Shown in pieces: positions 10,272-19,932 of a stretch of 33,355 bases of DNA. How positions within the stretch are numbered: position 1 is the stretch's first letter; every line of letters starts with the position of its first letter. The notes below the pieces were generated by a model. The model was not told the DNA's origin. It saw only the letters and a list, made by a program, of their open reading frames with translations, and did not search any database. This stretch comes from Actinomycetota bacterium (GTDB taxonomy: Bacteria; Actinomycetota; Actinomycetes; Actinomycetales; Microbacteriaceae), in contig JBEDKG010000104.1 of NCBI GenBank assembly GCA_041172205.1, forward strand, positions 1 to 33,355, in the 5' to 3' direction. A program made the position numbers and the translations under genes.

Positions 10272-11162
10272 ATGTTTGCGTCTGTCGATAAGTTCCCTGA
10301 CCCACCATTCAGTAGTTTCGCAATTGGCCCGTTCACAATTCACCTTTATGCACTGTGCATTTTGATTGGCATCGTTGTGGCCTACTTCATTGGCGCAGCT
10401 AGATTCAAGGCTCGTGGCGGAGATGCTGGAATACTTCTCGACGTTGTGCTCTGGGCAGTCCCATTTGGAATCGTCGGTGGACGTTTATTTCACGTTGCTA
10501 CCCACCTAGGTGATTACTTCGGGCGTTACCCTTCGGTCCAGGAAACGTTCATGCACGTTATTGCTGTCTGGGAAGGCGGTCTAGCAATCTACGGCGCCGT
10601 CATTCTTGGTTTGGTTGGAGCGTGGATTGGCGCAAAACGCAGCGGAGTTCGATTCGTGAGCGTCCTCGACGCCTTGGCCCCCGGTGTGCTAATTGCACAG
10701 GGTGTCGGTCGCTGGGGCAACTACTTCAATCAAGAACTGTTCGGTCAGGCTACTGATCTTCCTTGGGGCCTGGAAATTCAAAAGACTGGAAACGCTGCTT
10801 TTCCAGCCGAATTCCCGCAGGGGACACTTTTCCACCCAGCCTTTCTTTACGAATTCACATGGAACATTTTGGGTGCGCTTGCGATCATCTGGATTGCCAG
10901 CCGACTAAAACTACAGTGGGGCAAGGTGTTCGCTCTTTACCTAGTCGTTTACTCAGTCGGTCGATTCTTCATCGAAGCCATCCGCCTAGACCCTAGCGAA
11001 GTATTCTTCGGATACCGCACCAACCAGTGGTCAGCAATTTTCGGAGTAATTCTTGGTGCGACTGTTTGGTATGTACAAGCAAAGCGTCATCCAGGAATTG
11101 AAGGTTCTGTCTACCTAAAGCCTCAGCCGGTTGAAGAAGCGGAAAAGTCACCAAGCAAATAG
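10272..11162 (+). CDS. lgt: Prolipoprotein diacylglyceryl transferase
   Basis: WEGGLAIYG, GRWGNYFNQELFG, HPAFLYE and RFFIEAIR motifs; multiple TM helices. Confidence 0.95.
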   Translation: MFASVDKFPDPPFSSFAIGPFTIHLYALCILIGIVVAYFIGAARFKARGGDAGILLDVVLWAVPFGIVGGRLFHVATHLGDYFGRYPSVQETFMHVIAVWEGGLAIYGAVILGLVGAWIGAKRSGVRFVSVLDALAPGVLIAQGVGRWGNYFNQELFGQATDLPWGLEIQKTGNAAFPAEFPQGTLFHPAFLYEFTWNILGALAIIWIASRLKLQWGKVFALYLVVYSVGRFFIEAIRLDPSEVFFGYRTNQWSAIFGVILGATVWYVQAKRHPGIEGSVYLKPQPVEEAEKSPSK

Positions 11163-11171
11163 TCATTAGGT

Positions 11172-11244
11172 TAGACTTTTTAGGCAATTGAGCTAAGTTC
11201 CAAAGGGCCAGTGTTGTCCCTCCGATTCGATATTTATTGGGGAG
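11172..11244 (+). promoter_or_regulatory. Putative gltB promoter and leader: -10 TAGACT, imperfect dyad at 11204-11221, SD GGGGAG
   Basis: TAGACT at 11172-11177, AGGGCCAGTGTTGTCCCT at 11204-11221 and GGGGAG at 11239-11244, all in the largest gap (88 nt) of the left gene run. Confidence 0.5.
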
Positions 11245-11250
11245 TGCAAC

Positions 11251-14200
11251 ATGAGTGAAGTCTCTGCTTTCAAGCGCTTCAACACAGCACCCGACGCGAC
11301 CGGTCTCTACGACCCAAGCCGTGACAAAGACGCTTGTGGTTTGGCAATGGTTGCCACCCTTCGTGGAACTGCAGGCCATGACATTATCGAGACAGCTCTT
11401 AACGCACTAACCAATCTTGAACACCGTGGAGCCGTCGGCTCCGATGCTGGTACCGGTGACGGGGCCGGAATTTTGTCTCAACTGCCAGACCGATTCCTGC
11501 GAAGCGTGGTCGATTTCGAACTCCCAAAATTGGGAACCTACGCTGCTGGATTGGTCTTTGTTCACCAGGATGATTCCGTCGAAGTATTTAAGGCAAGCTT
11601 TACAAACCTTGCAGATCAGCAGGGGCTAGATGTACTCGGGTGGCGAGAGGTTCCTGTTCGTCCAGAGGTTCTAGGTGATTTGGCTCGTGCCGCAATGCCG
11701 CAAATTGTTCAGGTCTTCGTCGGTGCAAGAGAACAACGTGACATGGACCTGGAGCGCTCACTATTTAAGCTTCGTAAGAAGTCCGAGCGAACCCTCGGCG
11801 CTTATCACTGCTCACTTTCATCAAAGACCATGGTCTACAAGGGAATGGTTACCACTCTCCAGTTAGAACCGTTCTATCCAGATTTGAGTGACACGAACTT
11901 TGAGTCAACGCTTGCGCTAGTTCACTCGCGATTCTCAACCAACACTTTCCCGTCTTGGCCTTTAGCTCACCCATTCCGATTAATCGCACACAATGGCGAG
12001 ATCAACACTGTAAAGGGAAACCGAAACTGGATGGCAGCGAGGCAGTCGCAGCTAGCGTCCGAGTTACTTGGAGACCTAGATGGTCTTTTCCCAATCGTGA
12101 CTCCAGACGGCAGCGACTCTGCTTCATTCGATGAAGTGGTCGAACTTCTTTACATGTCTGGTCGATCACTTCCGCACGCGATGATGATGATGATTCCGGA
12201 AGCTTGGGAAAAGCAAACCGACATCGACGCTGCCAGAAAGAGCTTCTACGAGTACCACAGCATGCTTATCGAGCCATGGGATGGACCGGCTGCAGTTATT
12301 TTCACTGATGGCTCGCTTGTTGGTGCGACCCTTGACCGCAATGGTCTTCGTCCCGGTCGTTATCTCGTAACTGAAGACGGTCTAGTGGTACTCGCCTCCG
12401 AAACCGGCGTCGCTGACATCGACCCTTCGAAAGTCGTACGCAAAGGACGCCTTCAGCCGGGGAAGATGTTCCTTGTCGACACCGTTGGTGGTCGTCTGAT
12501 TGATGACGACGAAATCAAGTCAGAGATTGCTGCTCTTGAGCCTTGGGGTGAGTGGTTGGATGAGAACCGAATTAACCTCACCGACCTTCCAGAGCGTGAG
12601 CACATCGCACACACTGCATCTTCGGTAAACCGCCGTCAGCGCACCTTCGGTTACACCGAAGAGGAACTTCGAATCATGCTGGCTCCGATGGCCAAGAACG
12701 GAATCGAACCGATTGGCGCCATGGGCTCCGACACTCCGATTGCTGCCATTTCTGATCGTCCACGTTTGTTGTTCGATTACTTCGTTCAGCAATTTGCGCA
12801 GGTTACCAACCCACCCCTCGACTCGATTCGTGAAGAGGTAGTTACATCCCTCTCCACCGGTATTGGTCCTGAGTTGAACCTACTTGCCGCCACCCCGGAG
12901 CACGCACGACAGGTAATTCTGGATTTCCCAGTTCTCACTAACGATGAACTCGCCAAAATCAAGCACATTGACGAGCGTCCAGAACTTGGTTTCGCCTTCA
13001 CCGTAAGAGGCCTGTACCGCGTTGAAACTGGTGATGAGGGTCTGGCCTCTAGAATTCGTGAGATTTTCGAAGAGGTTGATGAAGCTGTTTCAAACGGCGC
13101 TAAGTTCCTAATTCTTAGCGACCGAGACAGCAACCACGACCTTGCACCAATTCCGTCGTTGCTTTTGGTTAGCGCCGTTCATCACCACCTAATTAGAACT
13201 GGCAACCGTCCAAGGGTCGGTCTGGTTATTGAGGCTGGCGATGTTCGTGAAGTTCACCATGTTGCTGCACTCATCGGTTACGGCGCTGCAGCGGTAAACC
13301 CTTACCTCGCCATGGAAACCGTCGAACAGATGGTCAAGAGCGGCTACATCGCTGGGCTAACCATCGACAAGGCCATCTACAACCTACTCAAGGCACTTGG
13401 TAAGGGTGTTCTTAAGATCATGTCGAAGATGGGCATCTCAACCGTTTCCAGCTACGCTGGCGCGCAGTGTTTCGAGGCAATTGGTCTTTCTCAGGAATTT
13501 GTAGACACCTATTTCACCGGTACCACGAGCCAACTTGGTGGAATTGGTCTCGAGGTTATCCACACTGAAATTGCAGCTCGTCACCGCAGTGCATACCCAT
13601 TGGAGAAGGCTGCAAATGCTCACGAGGAACTAGCCACAGGTGGCGAGTTCCAGTGGCGTCGTGATGGCGCACCGCACTTGTTCAACCCTGAAACAGTTTT
13701 CAAACTTCAGCATGCAACGCGCGAAAAGCGTTATGACATTTTCCGTGAGTACACCGGAATGGTCGACAACCAGGCCGAGCAGCTGATGACTCTCCGAGGT
13801 CTATTCATGCTTCGTGAAGGCGTTCGACCTGCGATTTCCATCGACGAAGTCGAGCCGATTAGTGAAATTGTCAAGCGCTTCTCTACCGGTGCGATGAGTT
13901 ACGGCTCAATCTCACCAGAGGCGCATGAAACTTTGGCAATCGCCATGAACCAAATTGGTGGTAAGTCCAACACCGGTGAGGGTGGAGAAGATCTTGAACG
14001 TCTTTTGGACCCTAAGCGCAGAAGTGCCATCAAGCAGGTAGCTTCAGGTCGCTTCGGTGTCACCTCAATGTACTTGACTCACGCCGACGACATTCAGATC
14101 AAGATGGCACAGGGCGCTAAGCCTGGTGAAGGTGGTCAACTACCTCCGAACAAGGTCTACCCTTGGATTGCTCGTACGCGCCACGCTACCGCTGGTGTTG

Positions 14201-15804
14201 GCCTTATTTCCCCGCCTCCGCATCACGACATCTACTCAATCGAAGACCTGAAGCAACTTATCTTCGACTTGAAACGCGCTAACCGCGCAGCACGAGTGCA
14301 TGTGAAGCTAGTGAGCCAGGTGGGAATCGGAACCGTTGCTGCTGGCGTTGCCAAGGCAAAGGCAGACGTGATTCTGGTCTCGGGTCACGACGGTGGTACC
14401 GGAGCCAGCCCTCTGAACTCTCTCAAGCACGCTGGAACTCCGTGGGAATTGGGACTCGCAGAAGCACAACAGACGCTTATCGCGAATGGTCTTCGAGGTC
14501 GTGTATCCGTTCAGGTAGACGGTCAGATGAAAACTGGGCGAGACGTCGTTATTGCGGCCCTTCTGGGTGCCGAGGAATACGGCTTTGCCACTGCACCGCT
14601 TGTTGTTGAAGGTTGCATTCTCATGCGCGTATGCCACCTGGACACCTGCCCGGTTGGTGTGGCAACTCAGAATCCGGAATTGCGCGCACGCTTTACTGGC
14701 AAGCCTGAGTTTGTGGTCAACTTCTTTGAGTTCCTAGCCCAGGAAGTTCGCGAATACTTGGCAGCACTCGGTTTCCGCTCAATCGCAGAAGCCATTGGAC
14801 ACAGTGAGCTCCTCGATGTCAACCGTGCAATCTCACACTGGAAGGCTGATGGCCTAGATCTAAGTCCGATCTTGGCGGCTCCTTCGGCTGGAGCAAACGC
14901 AGAAGTACGCAACGTGTCTTCGCAGGACCACGAATTAGAAAAGCACTTCGACCACAAACTCATTGCAGCTGCAAAAACTACTCTGGACGATGGCTCACCA
15001 GTGAAAATTTCATTGGACATCACAAACGTCGACCAGGCTGTGGGAACAATGCTCGGCAACGAACTCACCAAGCGATTTGGCGCCACCGGCTTAGCGGCTA
15101 ACGCAATCGACGTAACATTGACCGGTTCGGCTGGTCAGTCCTTCGGTGCTTTCGTTCCTAGAGGAGTGAAGTTATCTCTGGTCGGCGATGCGAACGACTA
15201 CGTTGGCAAGGGCCTATCCGGTGGAACCATTTCCGTACGTCCTTCACTTTCGGCAATTTTCCCTGCTGAACACAACACCATCGCTGGAAACGTCATCGGA
15301 TACGGAGCCACCAGCGGCGAACTTTATCTTCGTGGAATTGTGGGGGAGCGCTTCCTAGTTCGAAACTCTGGCGCCACTGCTGTTGTTGAGGGAGTGGGAG
15401 ATCACGCCCTTGAATACATGACCGGTGGTGTTGCTGTTATCCTCGGGCGAACCGGCCGCAACTTTGGTGCGGGTATGTCTGGTGGTGTTGCTTACGTTTA
15501 CAAGCTTCGCGCGGACCATGTAAACCACGAAGCACTTGCTGCCGGGGAGTTGAAACTTCTCCAGTTGACCAACGACGATAAAGCACGCTTGCAAACACTT
15601 TTGGAATCGCACGTTGCAAATACAGATTCAAAGTTGGCTGCAGACATGCTTTCGAATTTTGAGTCGGTTGCAAATGATTTCACAGTCGTTGTGCCACGCG
15701 ACTACGCGAACGTTTTGGAGATTCGTCGCATTGCGACGGATAACGGCGAAGATCCAGATAGTCCAGAAGTTTGGTCTCGAATTTTGGAGGTAACCAATGG
15801 CTGA
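11251..15804 (+). CDS. gltB: Glutamate synthase large subunit
   Basis: DACG (N-terminal nucleophile Cys after processing), [24 protein letters not shown] and [15 protein letters not shown] Fe-S motifs, with C-terminal GXGXG repeats; 1517 aa. Confidence 0.98.
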   Translation: MSEVSAFKRFNTAPDATGLYDPSRDKDACGLAMVATLRGTAGHDIIETALNALTNLEHRGAVGSDAGTGDGAGILSQLPDRFLRSVVDFELPKLGTYAAGLVFVHQDDSVEVFKASFTNLADQQGLDVLGWREVPVRPEVLGDLARAAMPQIVQVFVGAREQRDMDLERSLFKLRKKSERTLGAYHCSLSSKTMVYKGMVTTLQLEPFYPDLSDTNFESTLALVHSRFSTNTFPSWPLAHPFRLIAHNGEINTVKGNRNWMAARQSQLASELLGDLDGLFPIVTPDGSDSASFDEVVELLYMSGRSLPHAMMMMIPEAWEKQTDIDAARKSFYEYHSMLIEPWDGPAAVIFTDGSLVGATLDRNGLRPGRYLVTEDGLVVLASETGVADIDPSKVVRKGRLQPGKMFLVDTVGGRLIDDDEIKSEIAALEPWGEWLDENRINLTDLPEREHIAHTASSVNRRQRTFGYTEEELRIMLAPMAKNGIEPIGAMGSDTPIAAISDRPRLLFDYFVQQFAQVTNPPLDSIREEVVTSLSTGIGPELNLLAATPEHARQVILDFPVLTNDELAKIKHIDERPELGFAFTVRGLYRVETGDEGLASRIREIFEEVDEAVSNGAKFLILSDRDSNHDLAPIPSLLLVSAVHHHLIRTGNRPRVGLVIEAGDVREVHHVAALIGYGAAAVNPYLAMETVEQMVKSGYIAGLTIDKAIYNLLKALGKGVLKIMSKMGISTVSSYAGAQCFEAIGLSQEFVDTYFTGTTSQLGGIGLEVIHTEIAARHRSAYPLEKAANAHEELATGGEFQWRRDGAPHLFNPETVFKLQHATREKRYDIFREYTGMVDNQAEQLMTLRGLFMLREGVRPAISIDEVEPISEIVKRFSTGAMSYGSISPEAHETLAIAMNQIGGKSNTGEGGEDLERLLDPKRRSAIKQVASGRFGVTSMYLTHADDIQIKMAQGAKPGEGGQLPPNKVYPWIARTRHATAGVGLISPPPHHDIYSIEDLKQLIFDLKRANRAARVHVKLVSQVGIGTVAAGVAKAKADVILVSGHDGGTGASPLNSLKHAGTPWELGLAEAQQTLIANGLRGRVSVQVDGQMKTGRDVVIAALLGAEEYGFATAPLVVEGCILMRVCHLDTCPVGVATQNPELRARFTGKPEFVVNFFEFLAQEVREYLAALGFRSIAEAIGHSELLDVNRAISHWKADGLDLSPILAAPSAGANAEVRNVSSQDHELEKHFDHKLIAAAKTTLDDGSPVKISLDITNVDQAVGTMLGNELTKRFGATGLAANAIDVTLTGSAGQSFGAFVPRGVKLSLVGDANDYVGKGLSGGTISVRPSLSAIFPAEHNTIAGNVIGYGATSGELYLRGIVGERFLVRNSGATAVVEGVGDHALEYMTGGVAVILGRTGRNFGAGMSGGVAYVYKLRADHVNHEALAAGELKLLQLTNDDKARLQTLLESHVANTDSKLAADMLSNFESVANDFTVVVPRDYANVLEIRRIATDNGEDPDSPEVWSRILEVTNG

Positions 15805-17251
15805 CCCTAGAGGTTTTCTCAAAGTAACCGAGCGCGAGACTGCAAAGCGTCGTCCGGTTGAAGTGCGAATTCGTGACTGGAAAGAAGTTTACGAACCACG
15901 TGATCCAGCAGTGATCTCAAAGCAGGCTTCTCGGTGCATGGACTGTGGTGTTCCGTTCTGTCACCAGGGTTGCCCGCTTGGAAACCTCATTCCTGAGTGG
16001 AACGATTTAGTTTGGCGCAAGGACCACAAGGGTGCCATCGACCGTCTGCACAAAACCAACAATTTCCCTGAATTCACCGGTCGTCTTTGCCCGGCTCCCT
16101 GTGAGAGTTCCTGCGTTCTAGGTATCAACCAGCCGGCAGTAACCATCAAAGAAATTGAAGTCTCGGTTATTGATCAGGCATTTGATGACGGTCTAGTCCT
16201 ACCGCACGCGCCAGAGCGTTTAACGGGAAAAACTGTTGCCGTTGTTGGTTCTGGTCCAGCTGGTCTTGCTGCAGCTCAGCAGCTAACCCGTGCTGGCCAC
16301 ACCGTCGCAGTTTTCGAGCGCGACGACAAAATCGGTGGACTACTTCGCTATGGTATCCCTGACTTCAAGATGGAAAAGCACCACATTGATCGACGCATCG
16401 AGCAGATGACTGCCGAAGGAACTCGCTTCAGAACCGGACAAAACATCGGTGTCGACATCACCTGGGAAGAACTTCGTAGTCGTTACGATGCCGTACTCGT
16501 AGCAACCGGCGCAACACTTCCAAGAGATCTAGACGTTCCAGGACGTTCTCTGAACGGTGTTCACTTCGCCATGGACTACCTCGTGCAGTCAAACAAGGTG
16601 GTCGCTGGTCAATCGGTTGACAATCAAATTTCCGCTGATGGAAAACACGTAATCATTCTCGGTGGTGGAGACACCGGAGCCGACTGCCTTGGAACCGCAA
16701 CACGTCAGGGCGCTCTTTCTGTAACCACTCTGGCAATCGGAAAGCAGCCAGCTTCTGAGCGCACACCTGGTCAGCCTTGGCCAACTTTTCCAACACTGTT
16801 TGAAGTGTCCAGCGCACATGAAGAATTTGGCGAGCGCAAGTACTTGGCTTCAACCGTTGAGTTCATTGGCGAAAATGGTCGAGTGACCGGAGTCAAGGTC
16901 GCAGACACCGAAATTATCGATGGAAAACGTGTTCCAAAGGCAGGCACCGAACGAGTACTTCCTGCAGACCTAGTTTTCCTGGCCCTGGGCTTTACCGGAC
17001 CTGAGAACGAGCTCCTAAGCGCTCAGAGTGAAATCGCTTCTGATAACCGTGGCAACATCGCACGTAATTCGGATTGGGCGACTAATCTTGAGGATGTTTT
17101 CGTTGCTGGCGACGCAGGTCGAGGTCAGAGCCTAATTGTTTGGGCAATTGCTGAAGGTCGTGCCGCCGCCGCAGCGATTGATGAGTGGCTCACCGGCGAG
17201 ACTGTACTTCCAAAACCAGTACGACCAACCGACCGACCAATTTCAATTTAG
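15797..17251 (+). CDS. gltD: Glutamate synthase small subunit
   Basis: [34 protein letters not shown] and [13 protein letters not shown] motifs. Confidence 0.97.
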   Translation: MADPRGFLKVTERETAKRRPVEVRIRDWKEVYEPRDPAVISKQASRCMDCGVPFCHQGCPLGNLIPEWNDLVWRKDHKGAIDRLHKTNNFPEFTGRLCPAPCESSCVLGINQPAVTIKEIEVSVIDQAFDDGLVLPHAPERLTGKTVAVVGSGPAGLAAAQQLTRAGHTVAVFERDDKIGGLLRYGIPDFKMEKHHIDRRIEQMTAEGTRFRTGQNIGVDITWEELRSRYDAVLVATGATLPRDLDVPGRSLNGVHFAMDYLVQSNKVVAGQSVDNQISADGKHVIILGGGDTGADCLGTATRQGALSVTTLAIGKQPASERTPGQPWPTFPTLFEVSSAHEEFGERKYLASTVEFIGENGRVTGVKVADTEIIDGKRVPKAGTERVLPADLVFLALGFTGPENELLSAQSEIASDNRGNIARNSDWATNLEDVFVAGDAGRGQSLIVWAIAEGRAAAAAIDEWLTGETVLPKPVRPTDRPISI

Positions 17252-17279
17252 TAAAACCAAATCAAATGAAGAGGAAATA

Positions 17280-18701
17280 ATGAGACGCGCAAAGATCGTC
17301 GCAACACTAGGCCCAGCAACTTCGAGCTATGAACAGATCAAGGGCATTGTCGACGCAGGTGTGAATGTGGCTCGAATGAACCTAAGCCACGGTTCGTACG
17401 ACGTTCACGAAGCTGTCTACAAGAACGTACGTCAGGTTGCTGCAGACACCGGCAAGGCAGTTGCCGTATTGGTTGACCTTCAGGGTCCAAAGATTCGTCT
17501 GGCACGTTTCAAAGACGGTCCAGTAATGCTTGAAAAAGGCGCGACCTTCAAGATCACTATCGACGAGGTCGATGGCGATGTAAACATCTGTGGCACCACC
17601 TTCAAAGGTCTACCAGGCGATGTGAAGGTTGGCGATGCACTACTTATCGATGACGGCAAGGTTGGCCTTCGCGCGACCGCTGTCGACGACCGCACTGTAA
17701 CCACCGTTGTTGAGGTCGCTGGTGTTGTGTCAAACAACAAGGGAATCAACCTTCCGGGCGTTGCTGTAAACGTTCCTGCACTATCGGAAAAAGACGAGGA
17801 TGACCTTCGTTGGGCTTTGAAGCTCGGCGCCGACATGATTGCTCTTTCATTCGTTCGTGACGCGAAGGACATTGTCCGTGTTCACGAAATCATGCGTGAA
17901 GAGGGTGTGTTCATCCCAACCATCGCCAAGGTTGAAAAGCCACAGGCTGTGGCAGCTCTTGAAGAGATCATCGACGCCTTTGATGGCGTGATGGTTGCTC
18001 GTGGAGACCTTGGCGTAGAGCTACCTCTAGAGCAGGTCCCACTGGTTCAGAAGCGCGCGGTTGAACTTTGCCGACGCTGGGCAAAGCCGGTAATCGTGGC
18101 AACTCAGATGCTTGAATCGATGATCACCGCTTCTCGTCCGACTCGTGCGGAAGCCAGCGACGTTGCAAACGCCGTTCTTGATGGTGCCGATGCGCTGATG
18201 CTTTCAGGTGAAACCTCAGTGGGAGAGTTCCCGGTTGAGACCGTAGCAACGATGGCGAAAATCATCGAAGCCACCGAAGAAAACGGTATGGACCGTATCG
18301 CACCACTAGGTACCCGTCCGCACACTCACTCTGGAGCAGTATCTTTGGCAGCCGTCGAAATTGCTGAACTTCTAGCTCTCAAGTACGTATGTGTGTTCAC
18401 CGAATCTGGAGACTCGGTTCGCCGCGTGTCACGTCTTCGCTCGAATGTTCCAATTTTGGCTTTTACGCCAAATGAGAAGATCCGCAACCGACTCGCATTG
18501 GTTTGGGGTGCAGAGACTTTCCTAGTGGAGCCTGTAAAGCACACTGACCAGATGATCAAGCAGGTTGAGGACGTCGTAGTAGGTCTTGGCAAGGGCAAGG
18601 ACGGCGACGAACTTGTTGTAGTTGCCGGAACCCCACCTGGTGTTTCAGGCTCAACCAACTCGCTGCGAGTACACCGTATCGGTGAGCCAACTCACAACTA
18701 G
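17280..18701 (+). CDS. pyk: Pyruvate kinase
   Basis: MRRAKIVATLGPA, RMNLSHG, DLQGPKIR, MVARGDLGVE, ATQMLESM and MLSGETS motifs. Start placed at ATG 17280 after SD GAGGA. Confidence 0.98.
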   Translation: MRRAKIVATLGPATSSYEQIKGIVDAGVNVARMNLSHGSYDVHEAVYKNVRQVAADTGKAVAVLVDLQGPKIRLARFKDGPVMLEKGATFKITIDEVDGDVNICGTTFKGLPGDVKVGDALLIDDGKVGLRATAVDDRTVTTVVEVAGVVSNNKGINLPGVAVNVPALSEKDEDDLRWALKLGADMIALSFVRDAKDIVRVHEIMREEGVFIPTIAKVEKPQAVAALEEIIDAFDGVMVARGDLGVELPLEQVPLVQKRAVELCRRWAKPVIVATQMLESMITASRPTRAEASDVANAVLDGADALMLSGETSVGEFPVETVATMAKIIEATEENGMDRIAPLGTRPHTHSGAVSLAAVEIAELLALKYVCVFTESGDSVRRVSRLRSNVPILAFTPNEKIRNRLALVWGAETFLVEPVKHTDQMIKQVEDVVVGLGKGKDGDELVVVAGTPPGVSGSTNSLRVHRIGEPTHN

Positions 18702-18710
18702 TAGCTGTGA

Positions 18711-18746
18711 AAAAAGGTCGGACCAAATGGTCCGACCTTTTTCTTT
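18711..18746. terminator. Bidirectional intrinsic terminator between pyk and tRNA-Leu
   Basis: AAAAAGGTCGGACCA-aa-TGGTCCGACCTTTTT is a perfect inverted repeat with a U-tract on both strands, between convergent genes. Confidence 0.9.
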
Positions 18747-18747
18747 G

Positions 18748-18828
18748 TGCCGAGAGTGGGACTTGAACCCACACGTCTTTCGACAAAGCATTTTGAGTGC
18801 TCCGCGTCTGCCATTTCGCCATCCCGGC
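18748..18828 (-). tRNA. tRNA-Leu(CAA), 3' CCA not encoded
   Basis: Reverse complement GCCGGGATGGCGAAATGGCAGACGCGGAGCACTCAAAATGCTTTGTCGAAAGACGTGTGGGTTCAAGTCCCACTCTCGGCA: 7-bp acceptor stem, CT-CAA-AA anticodon loop, variable arm GTC-GAAA-GAC, GGTTCAA T-loop and discriminator A. Confidence 0.96.
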
Positions 18829-18843
18829 CAACACAACTTTTCA

Positions 18844-18871
18844 ATAATAGCCGAAGTCATTCGGCTAGGCT
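18844..18871. promoter_or_regulatory. Divergent promoter pair: tRNA -10 TATTAT (-) and regulator -10 TAGGCT (+), joined by an 8-4-8 inverted repeat
   Basis: TAGCCGAA-gtca-TTCGGCTA at 18848-18867. Each arm ends in the TA of an outward-facing TANNNT box. Confidence 0.55.
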
Positions 18872-18878
18872 TGTTCGC

Positions 18879-19469
18879 ATGAGTGAAACAACCGTAAAAC
18901 GAGTTCTGGTCGCAGAAGACGAAGCGCTCATTCGCATGGACATCGTGGAGACTCTTCGCGATAGCGGTTACGACGTAGTTGGTGAAGCTGCCGATGGTCA
19001 AGAAGCTGTTGAGCTTGCAACTGAACTCACTCCAGACTTAGTGGTCATGGACATCAAGATGCCTCGAATGGATGGCATTACAGCGGCGAAGCAACTAGCC
19101 GAAATGCACATTCCGGTTGTACTACTTACCGCGTTTTCACAAAAAGAACTCTTCGAGCAGGCGGCCCAAGTTGGCGCCATGGCCTACGTTGTAAAGCCTT
19201 TCAATCCAAACGATTTACTTCCGGCAATCGAGATTGCTTTGCACCGCCACTCAGAGCTTCGCGCTTTGGAGCTTGAAGTGGCCGACCTCAGCGACCGCCT
19301 GGAGACCCGTAAGTTGATTGAGCGCGCAAAGGGACTATTACTTTCCAAGAAATTGGTTCCAGACGAGCCTGAGGCTTTCCGCTGGATTCAGAAGGCATCG
19401 ATGGATCGCCGTCTAACCATGCGCGACGTTGCCAAAACCATCATCGAGCAGCTTGCGGAAAAGGCTTAG
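18879..19469 (+). CDS. pdtaR: Response regulator with receiver and ANTAR RNA-binding domains (PdtaR/Rv1626-like)
   Basis: Receiver motifs LVAEDE, VMDIKMP, LTAF and VKPF; ANTAR motifs RKLIERAKGLL and EPEAFRWIQKASMDRR. Conserved position between pyk/tRNA-Leu and polA. Start placed at ATG 18879. Confidence 0.9.
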   Translation: MSETTVKRVLVAEDEALIRMDIVETLRDSGYDVVGEAADGQEAVELATELTPDLVVMDIKMPRMDGITAAKQLAEMHIPVVLLTAFSQKELFEQAAQVGAMAYVVKPFNPNDLLPAIEIALHRHSELRALELEVADLSDRLETRKLIERAKGLLLSKKLVPDEPEAFRWIQKASMDRRLTMRDVAKTIIEQLAEKA

Positions 19470-19894
19470 TTCTTCTTTTCCCTAATTAGGTTGGTAATTC
19501 GAACCGTGCTGAGTCGGTTCTCAGCGTCGTCGTAGCAAACGATTTCGTGGACAGTCAATGTTTTTCCTAGCGAAATCGGCACACAAATAGCTTTCACGTG
19601 TCCCTTGGTGGCCGATCTGCTGTGAGAGGCGTTGATTTCAATACCCACAGCGACTTTTCCTAGGGTGTGAGCCCAGACGTTTGCCGCGAGGCTTCCCAGG
19701 GTTTCGCCAAGAACCAAATATGCGCCACCATTTACCAAGCCGAGAGGCTGACGGTTGCCTTCGACCGGCATTGTCGCGACGGTCTGCTCGACGCTTAGTT
19801 CAAGAAGTTCAATGCCCATGCGTTCTGCGAGTTCGCCAAGACCGCGCTTCTCCATAAGAGATTTGGCTTCATCTGAGAGTTTGATTTCTGTCAA
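19466..19894 (-). CDS. Hotdog-fold (PaaI/MenI-like) thioesterase
   Basis: MPVEGNRQPLGLVNGGA, ETLGS, VGIEINASH and RITN motifs. SD AAAGGA upstream of the TTG start. Confidence 0.88.
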   Translation of the reverse strand: MTEIKLSDEAKSLMEKRGLGELAERMGIELLELSVEQTVATMPVEGNRQPLGLVNGGAYLVLGETLGSLAANVWAHTLGKVAVGIEINASHSRSATKGHVKAICVPISLGKTLTVHEIVCYDDAENRLSTVRITNLIREKKN

Positions 19895-19932
19895 TCCAAA
19901 TTCCTTTCGCAGGTGGGAAGTAGGCTTACTTC

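Noticed and set aside
17220-17245. Short ACCG/ACCA quasi-repeat at the end of gltD
   Set aside because: Explained by the R-P-T-D-R-P codons; too short and irregular to be an array.
18702-18760. tRNA 3' end as a possible integration site
   Set aside because: No integrase, duplicated tRNA end or foreign DNA. The terminator and pyk abut the tRNA directly.
18747-18878. 44-aa N-terminal extension of the ANTAR regulator, plus minus-strand ORFs 18556-18834 and 18651-19001
   Set aside because: These are translations across the tRNA-Leu gene and the terminator.
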